Shown here: positions 40,382 through 54,160 of the stretch, in pieces
How positions within the stretch are numbered: position 1 is the stretch's first letter
Layout: every line of letters begins with the position of its first letter
Assembly (NCBI RefSeq): GCF_964355755.1
Contig: NC_092671.1
Location: forward strand, 10,478,001-10,542,000
Length of the DNA stretch: 64,000 nt
Reading direction: 5' to 3'
Source: Antedon mediterranea
Lineage: Eukaryota > Animalia > Echinodermata
Position numbers and translations under genes: made by a program
The notes under the pieces: generated by a model
The model's database searches: none
Seen by the model: only the letters and a program-made list of their open reading frames with translations
What the model was told of the DNA's origin: nothing

Positions 40382-43300
40382 ATGGCTTCTAGGAATATAC
40401 CGCTTGGTATTTGGTGTTTACAAAAATGTAGTACTGAGACAAGGTAAGTAGCCTAGATGGCCGGAAAAGACACTCTCATGCAGCGAGCAAAACGATGGTA
40501 CTTGGACTCGACTGTGGACCGACTATTTAATGAACGATAACATTTGTTGCCGTGCTCTGTGCGGAACCGCCGATTGTTTGATCATTCGGGTGCAGGTCAA
40601 GTCGGCCCTAAACCGTCTCGGCCAAAGTCAAGTCGGCCCCACGTCAAGTCGGCCCCAAGTCAACTCGGCCCCAAGTCAAGTCGGCCTCAAGTCAACTCGG
40701 CCTCACGTCAACTCGGCCAAAAACTGATCGGTCAACTCGGCCACAATAAAGTATGGAATGCAAAAAGTACTTAATATTATTATGATTCTTACTATCCACG
40801 CTTTAAAAAAAATGAATAAAAAAAAAAATATAATTAAATAATATCATATAAAAAAATGAACTCATTGCCAATATGAATATAAGTACCCGCGTGTTACAAA
40901 AACACGTGCAGGTACCGCATTTTAGTAAATCGAAGACGGAGGCCTACGTTCCACCATTTGGCCATAGAAAAAAATGATTGTACATCGTTTTTGTCCATGA
41001 TTTGCGTTTAGAAAAAAGGGGAATCCCCCGGTCAGTGAAAACACGTAGCAGTTGTAGATATCGAAAAAGCTGCCAAAGGCGCAGGGAGGCGCAGCTACGA
41101 ATTGTTTTCAATTGTGCAATTTGAAATTTTATTAAACGTATTAATAAAGGAAAGTTGGTGAAATCATTCCTATTTTTTTTGCTAAATATATTATTGTCTA
41201 AATATTAATATTCATTAAAAGTCAGAATTATTTATAGTTAAAAAATTGTGATGAAATATTATTTTATCAATCCCCTTCATTTGCACTTTTTGCGTTCCAT
41301 ACTTTAGCGGGGCCGAGTTTACCGATTATTTTTTGGCCGAGTTGACGTGAGGCCGAGTTGACTTGAGGCCGAGTTGACTTGAGGCCGAGTTGACTTGAGG
41401 CCGAGTTGACTTGAGGCCGACTTGACTTGAGGCCGACTTGACTTTGGCCGAGACGGTTTAGGGCCGACTTGGATCGAAATTGATCATTCACTCGGTATTT
41501 TGTTTTGCGAGCGTACGTCTAGAAGAAGCCCCGAAAAAGCACACTGGGTGAAGGCAATTAATGCAATTCTTATTATAGCTCTATCTATGATATTTATTTA
41601 CAATTTGTTGAGGAAATTAATGCCAATGTAAATACTGTAGGTGATATTGATATACAGTTGAGTACGTATCGGATCGGCTGGTGGTCTAGAAAAAAATAAT
41701 CGGATGTCATAATGTGAACTACAGTACATGATACCATATAATAATAATATATTATGTGTAATATATTAATATTCACTATAATCCTCTATGATGATGATAC
41801 ATTATACGCCGTGGTTAGGATTCCGGCACCGGAACTCAACTGCCCAGCGTTAGGGAATCCGACACGCTATTGCGCATGCGCAGAGCGAGGTAATCGGCGA
41901 CTCTATACTTATCATCAATAACAGCGATGGATCGTTTCATGAGCTGCGCCACAACACACGGCGAACTAGCCTAGATGCCTACTAATATGGGATCCACTAA
42001 TCTAGGCTAGGGCTACCAGTTAGACGTGACCAGTGGGCCTATAGTATTTATTTTGTAATTAAAAAATGGTTGCTTCATTCATATATAAACTTCATATCAT
42101 TATGAATTATATAATTACATGACTAGTTTTATGATTTTTCATAACGCATTATACTGTACACAAAGAACTTAAGTTCTTTGCTGTACATAAACAACATGCA
42201 ATCACAAGTTGATTTTTTGACACGGCAGCCACCGTGTGGATGTGAAAAAACTGTTCGGGAAGTCAGGGTTGCAACGCTAAAAACAGCATTACGATTCTTA
42301 AATCTTAGATAGATACTGATACTTATTAATATCATTATAAATATTATAATATAATATATAATTAGTCGTATTTTAATTATTAATTCATGTATGGCATAGG
42401 CCATGAAGTTTCATCCATCGCTCTCTCGCTCGCGCAACGACTATCTAGGCTACAGTAAATCCCTATAACACTCCGACTCTCCTTGGTGTGGCACTATTAG
42501 TGCAAGCTATAATTCACTTCCCAGAGCTCTGGGCATGCGCAATAGCGTGTCGGATTCCCTAACGGTGGGCAGTTGAGTTCCGGTGCCGGAATCCTAATCA
42601 CGGCGTACATTATACTTCATAGCCACACATAAATACTGAAGTCTTCCAGATGACTGGATATCATTATCAGCTAATGTCTGTCCTATTTATAAGAAGGGAG
42701 ATAAATCATCACCAGCAAACTATAGACCCATTTCATTAACATCAGTATGCTGTAAGCTACTGGAACATATCCTATTTCACAACATCACGGCTCATATTGA
42801 AAAGTTCAACATCATCAAGCCATACCAGCATGGCTTTCTGAAGAAACATTCATGTGAAACTCAACTCTTAAACACAATTGAAGAAATCAGCCGCCATCTT
42901 GACCAAGGATGTAAACGCCAAATTGATGTACAAATACTTGACTTCAGTAAAGCGTTTGACACGGTTGCGCATCAGAGACTACTCCACAAACTCAGCAAAT
43001 ATGGAATATCAGGACAAACTCTAAACTGGATCCAGTATTGGCTTACAAATAGAAACCAATGTGTCATAGTTGATGGGGAGATATCAAAAACAGCAAAGGT
43101 AACATCAGGAGTGCCTCAAGGCACGGTACTTGGTCCGTTAATGTTTCATCAATGACATCGGAGACGATATTAGCACCGGTACAACCATAACATTATTTGC
43201 TGATGGCTGTTTACTCTTTCGACCTGTAAATAAAAAGCAGACCAAGAACAACTACAACATGACCTTGATCAAGTAGTCCAATGGTCTAAAAAATGGCAGA

Positions 43301-46300
43301 TGTCTTTTAATCCATCAAAATGCTATACAATGAACATGACGAGGAGTAAAAATCCACTTACACTTGAATACAAGATGAAAGGAGAGATTCTAACCACTGT
43401 CAAGAGCAGCAAAGACCTTGGAGTCTTAATAACAAATGATCTATCATGGGAACCACACATAAACCAAGTTATAACCGATTCCAATAAGATTCTAGGCTTC
43501 CTAAGGAGAAACTTCTCTCGATGCGACTCTCGTATTAAGGCAACTGCCTATCAATCACTAGTTCGTCCAAAACTTGAATATGCAGCTACAGTATGGGATC
43601 CCCATCAATCACAACTTATAAACAAGCTTGAAATGGTACAACGAAGAGCTGCAAGATTTGCAACATCCGATTACAGAAGAACATCAAGTGTGACATCCAT
43701 GCTACACACACTACACTGGCCAACTCTTCAACAACGTAGGAAAAAGAAAAGATTAATGTTATTGTTACGCTACAGTATGGGATCCCCATCAATCACAACT
43801 TATAAACAAGCTTGAAATGGTACAACGAAAAGCTGCAAGATTTGCAACATCCGATTACAGAAGAACATCAAGTGTCACATCCATGCTACACACACTACAC
43901 TGGCCAACTCTTCAACAACGTAGGAAAAAGAAAAGATTAATGTTATTGTTACGCTACAGTATGGGATCCCCATCAATCACAACTTATAAACAAGCTTGAA
44001 ATGGTACAATGAAAAGCTGCAAGATTTGCAACATCCGATTACAGAAGAACATCAAGTGTCACATCCATGCTACACACACTACACTGGCCAACTTTTCAAC
44101 AACGTAGGAAAAAGAAAAGATTAATGTTATTGTTACTAAAATGAGCTATTAATGAGGAGTTAGCCATTGACATTCCATCATATGTTAAGAAACCATCACG
44201 TCAACAACGAAATACGAACTTGCATAAATATACGCCGATCTTCTGTTGTACACAATGCTACAAATAAAGTTTTCTGCCCAGAACATTAAATGACTGGAAC
44301 AGCCTCCCGACCGAACCCGCGCTGTCTCAAAAAGCCGCATTTGAGCAAGCCCTTGATAAATTCATAAAAAGTTTATAGATAAATAAATAAAACTGAGCAC
44401 ACGTGGCGTACCGTAAGCTGCAAACCCACTGGATTATAGTGCTGAAATCAGCGATGTCCAGTCATCATTCTGAAGATTCTGAAGATTCTGTACTTTTTAG
44501 GCCTACTAGGCCTAGCCTAGCTAGATTAGACTCTCTCTAGACTCTACTACTTACTTACTAATACTAGCCTAGTCTACTGGCCTAGTAGGCTTAGTTAGAG
44601 GCTATTGGCTAGGCCTAAAGCCGCATAGATGGGTAGGCCTAGCCGTAAGTAGTAGGCCTTGGCCTAGGCTTGGATGAGGCCCACTGTACTAAGTAATATT
44701 AGTATGTTAAATTGATGTAAATAAGGATAATAATAAGGCCCTTGCCTTGGGGCCTGGCTGGTAACAAATCTCTTTTCAAAATTGGTTTGCCTTGATTGAT
44801 TGAATTGTTTTGTATTTTCAATGATTGAAATGAAATAAATATTCCAAGATATATAATATACTGTGTCTGTGGGCTATGATGTATGTAGGCTAGGCCTATC
44901 TTATATTTATATTATACTGCAGTATGTGAACTTGTTTTACATTCATTTTGTTTTTTTTTTCTTTAAACAGATATCGAATACTGGTTTTATCATTAACATT
45001 TATGGCATACACTAGCTACCATTTATCACGGAAGCCAATTAGTGTTGTTAAGGTACAGTAAGACAAAGTTCTTTTAACAAAGTTAATTTTTAATATGGTA
45101 GAAAATTAAAAATATTGACTGTTCTTTACCTTTTCAATGTTATGCTTTAAATATATATATATATATATATTGTCCTATAAAACAATTTTGTACACATTTT
45201 TTGGTGAATATGCCATTTTAATGTCACATAATAGTTCTTCACCTGATTTTTTTCTACAAAAGTGAATCTCTGCAAAATGGCCTATTCAAAGTCTGATTTT
45301 ATTAATCTTTATTTTTCAGATTTTTGTTTTTTTTTAAATCTTTAAACATCAATGAATAGCTTTCAATAGATTATTTCATGGACCTATGCATTTATATAGT
45401 TCCATGTATTATTATTAAAATTAGTTCTTAAATTCTTAAACTTCAGAAACTTTTGAATTGTTAGTTTATAGTGCACTCTCCTTATATTTGCCCTTCATTG
45501 CATTGAGGTCTTTGTCATGAATTGTACTACAATTGCATTCCACTCTAATAATAGGTAATCGTCTGAAATTGGTTTGTTTGCTTTTATGACCTTTGTCACT
45601 GATTGATAAGTGTTTTTAGTTTTGCTTACAGTAGTTGCTAACTGTTGATAAATAACAGTATACTAAAATTGTTTTAATTATTCCAATATATACAGTATAT
45701 ATAATGTGAGATAATATGGGAGGTGCTGCTGTCTACCACTTTTAGTGAAAATAGAATTTAAAATATTCAAAGTATAGCAATGCAGTACAACAACAATGAC
45801 TTCAGTAGTACCCTTTCTTTCAAAAATTTTCTCAACATATCTATTGTTTTTTAACAATGAGTTAAAGACCCCTTCCCTGCAATTTTGGACGTTTTTTGGA
45901 AAATAATACATATATATCACTTTAAAAACATTAAACCATGTCATTCCTTATCTTAAATGTACGTTTTATGGTAAATTATGATAAAAAGTGAGAAACAATG
46001 CACTACCTAAGTAGCTCGCGGCGATCGACCTCTCGTGGACGGTCTTAGGCCTAGCCTAGCTAGGCTTAAGTTTTGTAGGCCTAGCTGGTAAATATCGGTA
46101 ACGTACGAACATCGTACGCGAGCTATATACCTATCCTGACGTTGTATAGTTGCTGCATTAATTGTCTTTCTATTTTTGCCAGACTCCGTTGATACAAATT
46201 GGGGAAAACCCGGTATTTTCGCTGAAAAGTTAGGAGTCTTCCATTTGTTTTGGCCTCACGATCGATCGAAAAGTGGGGGAATTACAGGTGAAAAACAAAA

Positions 46301-49300
46301 ATATCAATCCGCGCGCAATGCATTTTGGGATTTATAGCGGGCCGCTATAATTATTAGAATCGGCTTATTTTTCACATTTTTAACCGTTTAAAGACGAAAA
46401 AAGTTATCGCAATAGGACCATATAGTATTATTTTTACATTAAATATAGTTTGTGATCTTAAATTAGATCTAAAAAACGTAGGGAATGGGGCTTTAACTTT
46501 CTCACCCACTCCTTGAAAACATTATGAAAGTATGCTCTACAACAATAGAACTATGTAAAAGAAACAATAAGTGTAATTGTCTTATTTTTCACACTGATTA
46601 CTATATTAGACCCTGGATAGACCAGAAGGAATTCCTGGTATTAGAAGTTTGGTCTGAGATTTATTAAATTAATTGTCACGTTGCTCAATATATTTTCACA
46701 GGAAGTCCTTCATCAGAATTGTACCTTGTTGTCAGAGGATGAATGGAAACCAATCCTGACACCAGAGGAGGCAAATGAAACATGCTGGTGTTGCTATAAA
46801 CCATTTGGTAAAGACTATGTTTCTGATTGCAGTATTCCACATTCTTGCAATGTAGCCATAATGTTTTATAATACACTGTACAGGGATGCATATTTTTTAA
46901 TACAGTTATACAGGTGTATACATGATCAAGATATAACATTGATTGAGCAAAGGATTATAAATGTATAAGATTATACATGGATTTGGAGTTTTGTGTCTTT
47001 TGTTAACCTACATTATAGGGAGTAGGATTATATTTGACCATATACAATTACAGTATTTAAACAAGATTTCTAAAAAAAAAAAATTATAGCTGACCTGTAG
47101 TTTAAACTGATTTTATACAGGAAAAAAAAAGTTAGCCAAATTTGTTTTACTACTACTATTTTTATATTGTATTATAATATATACCTATATATTCTATTAC
47201 TCATTAATTCACTATCTTATCTCTTTTTTTATAAATCTACTTAACTTAATACTGTATCATGTAAATTAATTACAACCTATTTAATTGTTTATTGTTTAAT
47301 ATTTTACTTCAGATCAAGCAAATGCAAAGGGGCTCCTGGGTGGATTGGATACGTCATTTTTATTTGCCTACGCCATTGGCATGTTCTTTAGCGGTCATGT
47401 TGCTGAACGCATGAACCTTCGGTATTTTCTAACAGGCGGAATGTTGCTCAGTGGATTGTTTACAGCACTTTTTGGATTAGGATATTTTTGGAATATTCAC
47501 AGCTATGCATACTTTGTTATTATTCAGGTATTGAATAAGTCTTATAAGTCATATTTTTCAGTAATTTTATACATGCTTTGAATTAGTAAGGAGCAAAAAA
47601 AAACAAACAATCTTTAAGCACTGTGAAAACAAGTGAAATATGCTAGCACTGAAAGTGAAGTCTAGTAATGTACTGTATATAAAATAACAACATGCATTTT
47701 CTCCTGTCACTAGATATTTGGAGGTCTTATGCAATCTAGTGGTTGGCCTTCCGTTGTCACGTGTATAGGAAATTGGTTTCCAAAAGGAAGGTTAGTTATT
47801 GTGTGAAGTGGGTTATTATTATTATTTCAACATTATTGTTTATAATACTAGATAAAAGTTCCTTGTGAGTGCAAGAAAAGAAAGAATATAATACATGATA
47901 TCTCTTATCTTAGGATATTTATCACTAAACTGCCTTTTAATACATCTTATTTTTTGTACAATGTATCAGTAATTGCACAGTATAGTAATCGAATTGAAAG
48001 TTTAATTATTAACTAATTTGCCATTGAAACCTTTTTTAAAAGTAAACAAAATTGTTTAGTTTAATTGAATGAAACAGTAATCAAATGAGTAAACTGATTT
48101 CTAAGGTCACAAGGTCAGTCATTATAGTGGACTTCCTTCATATTTGTTTTAGTTATTTATTTCTAAATATTTAACCTCTAAATTAGAGGAGGTCAATGTA
48201 TGTGTAGCTTAAGCTCTGTCTACACTATCAAACTACTTTAACAAAAAAATGTGATATAAATATGGTAGTGATATTTCCAAATATGGTGGTGATATGCCCA
48301 AATATAGTAGTAATATGACATCATCATATATGGACACGTCACATTTTGTTGTCACATGTTTGATCCATGGTTTGATAGTGTAAACAGAGCTTTAGCACTA
48401 ATTATATACATACATTTGATTTTTAAATCTACATAATTTCTCTAATATTGATTTTCAAACCATGATATATTAGTACACACCTACATTAGAACCTCTATTA
48501 AGAGATACCTTCAGGACACACAAAAGTGTCCCCTTAACAGGAGCGGCCAATCCTCTGTAGTGGTTGAGTGTACAGTGGTGTTAAAACATATGTCCACTTA
48601 ATAGGGGTGTCCTCTGAATAGTTGTTGGCTGTAGTGTTAAAACATATACTTCCCTTTGTTTGTTTCACAAGAAAAATGTCCCCTTGATATTAAGTTGTGT
48701 CCCCTGAGTAGAGGTTCTACATGTACTTTATTATGCTGGTATCTCGATGCTTGACTATGATTATGAACATGAAAGTATTGTTGGTTTTTTTTTCAGACGT
48801 GGCATCATCATGGGAATATGGAACTCGCACACCAGTATTGGCAACATTCTTGGATCTCTAATCGCTGCCATCTGGGTAGATGATGACTGGGGTTGGTCTT
48901 TTATTGTGCCAGGAATTATTATTGCTGGAATGGGACTTATCATATTTCTCTTTTTAGTTGTTTGTAAGTATACTATAACCATATGGATCATGGCAATGCA
49001 ATTTTATACTCGGCTTTATCTAAAAAATAAAGTTCAATTTTTAAATTATAATCAACCTAAATGCAACCTGTAAAAACAGGACTTTTCTACTATTTGACCT
49101 AGCCTAAATGTGTCCAACTTCAGAAGTGTTGACTGTATAATGTTTAATTTTTCAGTAATTCATTTTGTACGATTTTATTTTTGATTAATATTACAATACA
49201 AATGTTTTAAAAATAAAGGTATTGTATTTGTTTAACCTGATATACAATTTATCAAATATGTTTAATCATTTGCAGATCCAGAAGATGTTGGTTGTGCACC

Positions 49301-52300
49301 AGTAAATAAAAAAGTGAGTTATTATAATTATAAGTGAGGGGTGTAATATGATTTAATAATAAATTGGAGTATTAAAAACGATGTAATCATGGATCTATAA
49401 ATTAAATCTAATTTATAGGTCCATGATATAATCATATGGTTGTCCATGATCAGCATGCTAGAGTTTAGCATGTACTTTACATTTAAATAAATCACTGATA
49501 ATAGATAGTGCCATCTGAAGCATACTGAGTACCCAATTCTGCAATAGCCATTCTGTTTGTGCAAGTATATTTATTAATTCTATATTTAAATGTTTGTATA
49601 CTCTTATATTGGTCTTATTTTTTGTATTTGTTTCTTATGTTTGTTTTAGAAGGATACTCATTCTCAAGAAGAAGCAATATCATTACGTGGGGCTCTTTTA
49701 ATACCAGTAAGTTCACACAGGAACCACTAATATTTAGTTTTAGATTTTACACAGTAAAGACCTTGTTTAAGTATTTTACCTGTAAGGTACTAGGCCGTAG
49801 CTAAAAATAATTAACTACAAACAGTTTTTCTTTTCATATTGTCATAATGACATTAGCAGTCTATTTCGTGAGATACCTACCTGTATAGACTCTACATATG
49901 AGATGTAGAGTCTATACAGGTAGGTATCTCACTCATAGACTACCAACACCACTGTTGGTTTGTGTAATATTTGTTTTCTTTCAGGGAGTAGTGGAATTTT
50001 CATTGTGTTTATTTTTTGCAAAACTTGTTAGTTATACATTTCTATATTGGTTACCTCTGTACATCAGTCAAGTTGATCGTAAGTAACTCTTTAATCAAAG
50101 TTTGTCTTTTATTGATTTCCACACATAATAAATAAGATAATTGTAAGATGTAAACATATATTTATGGGAGATGTGTGGCTGATGTTAACAAACATATGAT
50201 GATTATCATGCATATAGGCATATTTATTTGAGATGCTTCACTTTTGGCACAAAAATTCTGGTGCAGTCAAATACTGTACAAATATAAAAAAATGTCCTTC
50301 ATTGCAATGCATGAAAGATTTAATGTGGTTTTACTTATTTCATTTATTAGCTGCTAATTAAGTTTTTCATTCATCAAGCCATTTAGGATATGAATCACTA
50401 CTAAATGTTCACTTTTGCGTCGTGTATCATAAATCACCAACTTTTTTTCACAGCTGATTTATCTAATAAAAAGAGTGCAGACCTGTCGACGTTGTTTGAT
50501 GCTGGTGGTATATTTGGTGGAATTTTAGCAGGACTTATTGTAGATATGACATCAGCTAGTGGGCTAACAGTATTTGTAATGTTGGTGTTTGCTGCTCCTA
50601 TGGTATGCTGTTTTAAAAAAAAATGTATTATTATGGTATAAAACATACAAACCAGCAACCGCTAAATACAGAATATCTATTGGTCCAAAAAGAACACATT
50701 TTTTTTTTACACAAAATATACAAAATATATCAAAAATATGTAATAGCTCATTGAAATTGGATGTTAATATCAGATTAATTGTAATAGACAATTAAACATC
50801 ACATAGAAAGTGAACAATCATTGCAATAAATTAGATCTTCTGTCTACACAATGAAACAAATATAAAATTTTAAATAATACAACTTGATCATTTATAAACC
50901 TATAAACATAGCCAATAATAAATAAATTATTGTTTTTGTCTTTAGTTTTTTGTTTTTAGCTGGTTCATTCTATGGAATACTTTAATTTTATTGTTATGTT
51001 TAATTTCAGATGTTTTTATACCACCTGTTTGGCAACTCCAGTTCATTTCTTAGAATAGGTATGTATGGTTATAAAACATAAATAATAATAATAATAATAG
51101 TGATAGTTCATTCTTATATAGCACATATAAGCAAACTCTCAATGCTGTGAACATTATCACCCCAGTCAATTTTTGTTGGATCAAACACGTATGGAAACAT
51201 CCTTCCATAATGCAGCTAGTAATCAGCTCAAAGTTGTGTCTTGATCTAACCGGGTACCCATTTATACACCTGGGTGGAAAGAGGCAAACGTAAGTAAAGT
51301 ATCTTGCCTACGGATACAAGCAATGCGGCGAGAGTTGGATTCGAACCTCAGTCTCACGATCAGTAGTCCAACGTCCAACACACTGTGCCACACGCCCTCA
51401 ACTCAATAAATCAACAAATGTTCTTTTGTGCTAGTAACATAACTAATGAACATTAGTCAATTGCAAAATTGTTTTTCTTAAATTTCAGCATTATTAATAG
51501 TAACAGGATTTTTTGTGAATGGTCCTTATGCATTGATAACGACTGCAGTATCAGCTGATCTTGTAAGTTTTATCATTCTAAATCTATAATCATTAATTTC
51601 CTTAATATATATACTGTATACATTATATCTTGTCTAAATACTCTCACTTTCACTGATGAAGGGCCAGTGAGAGTGAAAAAAATTGTTCTGACTCTTTTAA
51701 TTTATCGTTTTGTTTTAGCTTTTTTCTTACTTTATTTTGTATCTCCATTGAGTATCCACTGATACCCACAGAAGTGTCATTTTTCAGTAATTTGCCTTTG
51801 GATTTATATATATTAATTGTTATCAACTGAATGAAATTCATCTGATATCTGACGTGAAGTGTAATAATAGCTAGCTTGTTGACAGATGCAATTTGAACCA
51901 TTTGAATCATAAACACCCATCAACTTAACCTTTATCATTATTTTACTTGATAAGTTGTATGTTTTATTTTCATAGGGTACACATGAATCACTTAAAGGCA
52001 ATGCTAAAGCTCTTTCTACAGTCACAGCAATAATAGATGGTACTGGGTCAATAGGTGCTGCCATAGGCCCTCTCTTAGCTGGACTTTTAGGCAACAGTTG
52101 GAGCCATGTTTTTACTATGTTGATAGTTGCAGATGTTCTTGCAGCATTGGTAAATGTTTTATGTTATTTTTTCCACAAAAAGTTTTTCTGTAATAAGTAT
52201 TTTATTTCTCAGGTTGAGAATTTTATATATAATTGTAGATGCAGAAATATTATATAATAATTTTGTTATATACTTTGGTTATTTTCAGTTGATTTTACGT

Positions 52301-53260
52301 CAAGTTTTTAATGATATTATTAAACTACGTCTGAGGTACAGAGCAGAGTACAGGAGTTTGAATAGTGATACTGAAAATGGATCAAAGTAAGTTAAATTTG
52401 TAGTACTAATTAGTAAGTATTTTTTCATTTAGTTTTGTGAAGAATTCGTATGTGATGAATTCGTATGTGATGAATTCGTATGTGAAGAATTTGTATGTGG
52501 AGAATTCATATGTGGAGAATTCATATGTGGAGAATTCATATGTGGAGAAATCATATGTGGAGAATTCATATGTGGAGAATTCATATGTGGAGAATTTATA
52601 TGTGGAGAATTCATATGTGCAGAATTCATATGTGGAGAATTCATATGTGCAGAATTCATATGTGGAGAATTCATATGTGGAGAATTCATATGTGGAGAAT
52701 TCATATGTGGAGAATTCATATGTGGAGAATTCATATGTGGAGAATTCATATGTGGAGAATTCATATGTGGAGAATTCATATGTGCAGAATTCATATGTGC
52801 AGAATTCATATGTGGAGAATTCATATGTGCAGAATTCACACGTGGAGAATTCACACGTGGAGAATTCACACGTGGAGAATTCACACGTGGAGAATTCACA
52901 CGTGAAGAATTCACACGTGAAGAATTCACACGTGAAGAATTCACACGTGAAGAATTCACACGTGAAGAATTCACACGTGAAGAATTCACACGTGAAGAAT
53001 TCACACGTGAAGAATTCACACGTGAAGAATTCACACGTGAAGAATTCACACGTGAAGAATTCTTAAGTGAATTTATTGTATTGCAATCGAGTGATTTAAC
53101 AGATCATTTTATAATAAAACAAATACATACATACAAACATATTAAAGCTTGAAATTGTTGACAGATAAAAATATACATTTATTTAAAAAAAATTAAATTA
53201 ACTAACAAAAATTGTATTTTGTTTTTCAGACCACTTCTTCAAAATTCTGCTGATGAATGA
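40382..53260 (+). CDS. SLC37A2: SLC37A1/A2-like sugar-phosphate:Pi exchanger (MFS), 15 coding exons
   Basis: Exons 40382-40443, 44971-45052, 46702-46807, 47313-47527, 47714-47790, 48797-48963, 49276-49313, 49650-49706, 49985-50078, 50454-50602, 51010-51058, 51489-51562, 51976-52149, 52289-52386, 53230-53260. Motifs [82 protein letters not shown]. Confidence 0.95.
40588..41481. mobile_element. Foldback element with arms of 16-17 bp CAAGTCAACTCGGCC repeats
   Basis: Left arm 40598-40772 is the reverse complement of 41285-41471. (TT)GATCATTC is duplicated at 40578-40587 and 41480-41489. Confidence 0.88.
41807..42605. mobile_element. TIR element with ~80 bp arms and 9 bp TSD (Mutator-like)
   Basis: CGCCGTGGTTAGGATTCCGGCACCGGAACTCAACTGCCCA..GCGCATGC is inverted at 42525-42605. 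TACATTATA is duplicated at 41798-41806 and 42606-42614. Confidence 0.88.
42625..44490 (+). mobile_element. 5'-truncated, frameshifted CR1/L2-group LINE with internal triplication and (TTCTGAAGA)n tail
   Basis: [69 protein letters not shown]. 184 bp units at 43585, 43769 and 43953; tail at 44468-44490. Confidence 0.92.
45866..46492. mobile_element. Kolobok-like non-autonomous element with TTAA TSD
   Basis: TTAA|AGACCCCTTCCCTGC...GTAGGGAATGGGGCT|TTAA; purine-purine termini with TTAA flanks. Confidence 0.7.
51082..51398 (-). mobile_element. tRNA-derived SINE, probably with a Meta-type central domain
   Basis: On the minus strand: A box GTGGCACAGTGTG, B box GGTTCGAATCC, central TCCACCCAGGTGTATAAATGGGTACC, LINE-like 3' end and (ATT)n tail. 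Confidence 0.8.
52437..53063. repeat. 15 bp minisatellite (~42 units) in the last SLC37 intron
   Basis: Units GAATTCGTATGTGAT, then GAATTCATATGTGGA, then GAATTCACACGTGGA, then GAATTCACACGTGAA. Confidence 0.96.
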
Positions 53261-53891
53261 CTATAAAAGTTTAACTACTATTATAAGTAGCTTCCTGTTC
53301 GACATTCCACCAAATTGAAATGTGTTTACCAAAGCAATTACTAATGACACAAGCTGTTTTTAATTGTTTGGTATACAAATTTGTACTTTACGCTAAATAT
53401 ATTTTATCGGTTTTGTTTTTCGTAAATTATCTGACAATATTCCATTTGATGCATAATGCTTGTTTTAACAAATTGTTTTAAAATAATCAAGGGTTTGAAT
53501 ATACATAATTTTTATTGGGTCATATTTTTGTAGTGATCTATATTATATACTTTGGGATGTTTAATCAAATTTTTAATGTTTTACCCTATGTTGTATGTGC
53601 AACATATTTTAACAATTGTAAATATTTAACACTAAATACTATAAACAAAGTGTTGAATAATGTTATTAACCTATGTATATACAATGGAAACATTTTTAGC
53701 AGACAAGATTTTACCATTGCGTTTTGTATACTATAATATTAAAACAAACATGCTTTTAATGTATTTAATTCATATTCTATATATTCTATACTATATTAAT
53801 TATTGAGTTTTGTATATATAAATTGGTTATACATTTAAGTATGCTGCTATATAATACAGTATTATTAGCACATGTATATTTTCTACACTTT

Positions 53892-54160
53892 ATTTTACCT
53901 GATTACGGCTGGAACCAGTTTAAGAGGTGTATATTGGTACAGAGTACAGTGCTTAAAATGTGTAATTTTGCAGTTTAAAACACCATAAACATCAAATTGA
54001 GTATCTTGTATATATAATGTAAATTACACTAGATTTTACCTCATTACTGCTGGAACCAGTTTAAGAGGTGTATATTGGTACAGAGTACAGTACTTAAATG
54101 TGTGATTTTGCTGTTTAAAACACCATCGAATTCAGTATATTGTATATAATGTAAATTTTT
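53892..54160. repeat. ~140 bp tandem duplication downstream of the SLC37 stop
   Basis: GCTGGAACCAGTTTAAGAGGTGTATATTGGTACAGAGTACAGT at ~53908 and ~54049. Confidence 0.85.

Noticed and set aside
40530-41491. Mirror-image ORFs ([14 protein letters not shown]...)
   Set aside because: They are translations of the inverted arms of a foldback element.
51651-51690. Second hammerhead ribozyme
   Set aside because: It has CTGATGA and GAAA but no stem II pairing or stem III/cleavage triplet; treated as an inactive relic.
52429-53066. Long repetitive ORFs on both strands (NSPHM, ENSYV, WRIHM repeats)
   Set aside because: They result from a stop-free 15 bp intronic minisatellite; SLC37 splices cleanly across it (52386 to 53230).
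53230-53260. Lysosomal dileucine motif in the SLC37 tail (ENGSKPLL)
   Set aside because: The acidic residue is not at the canonical -4 position of [DE]xxxL[LI]; too weak to call.
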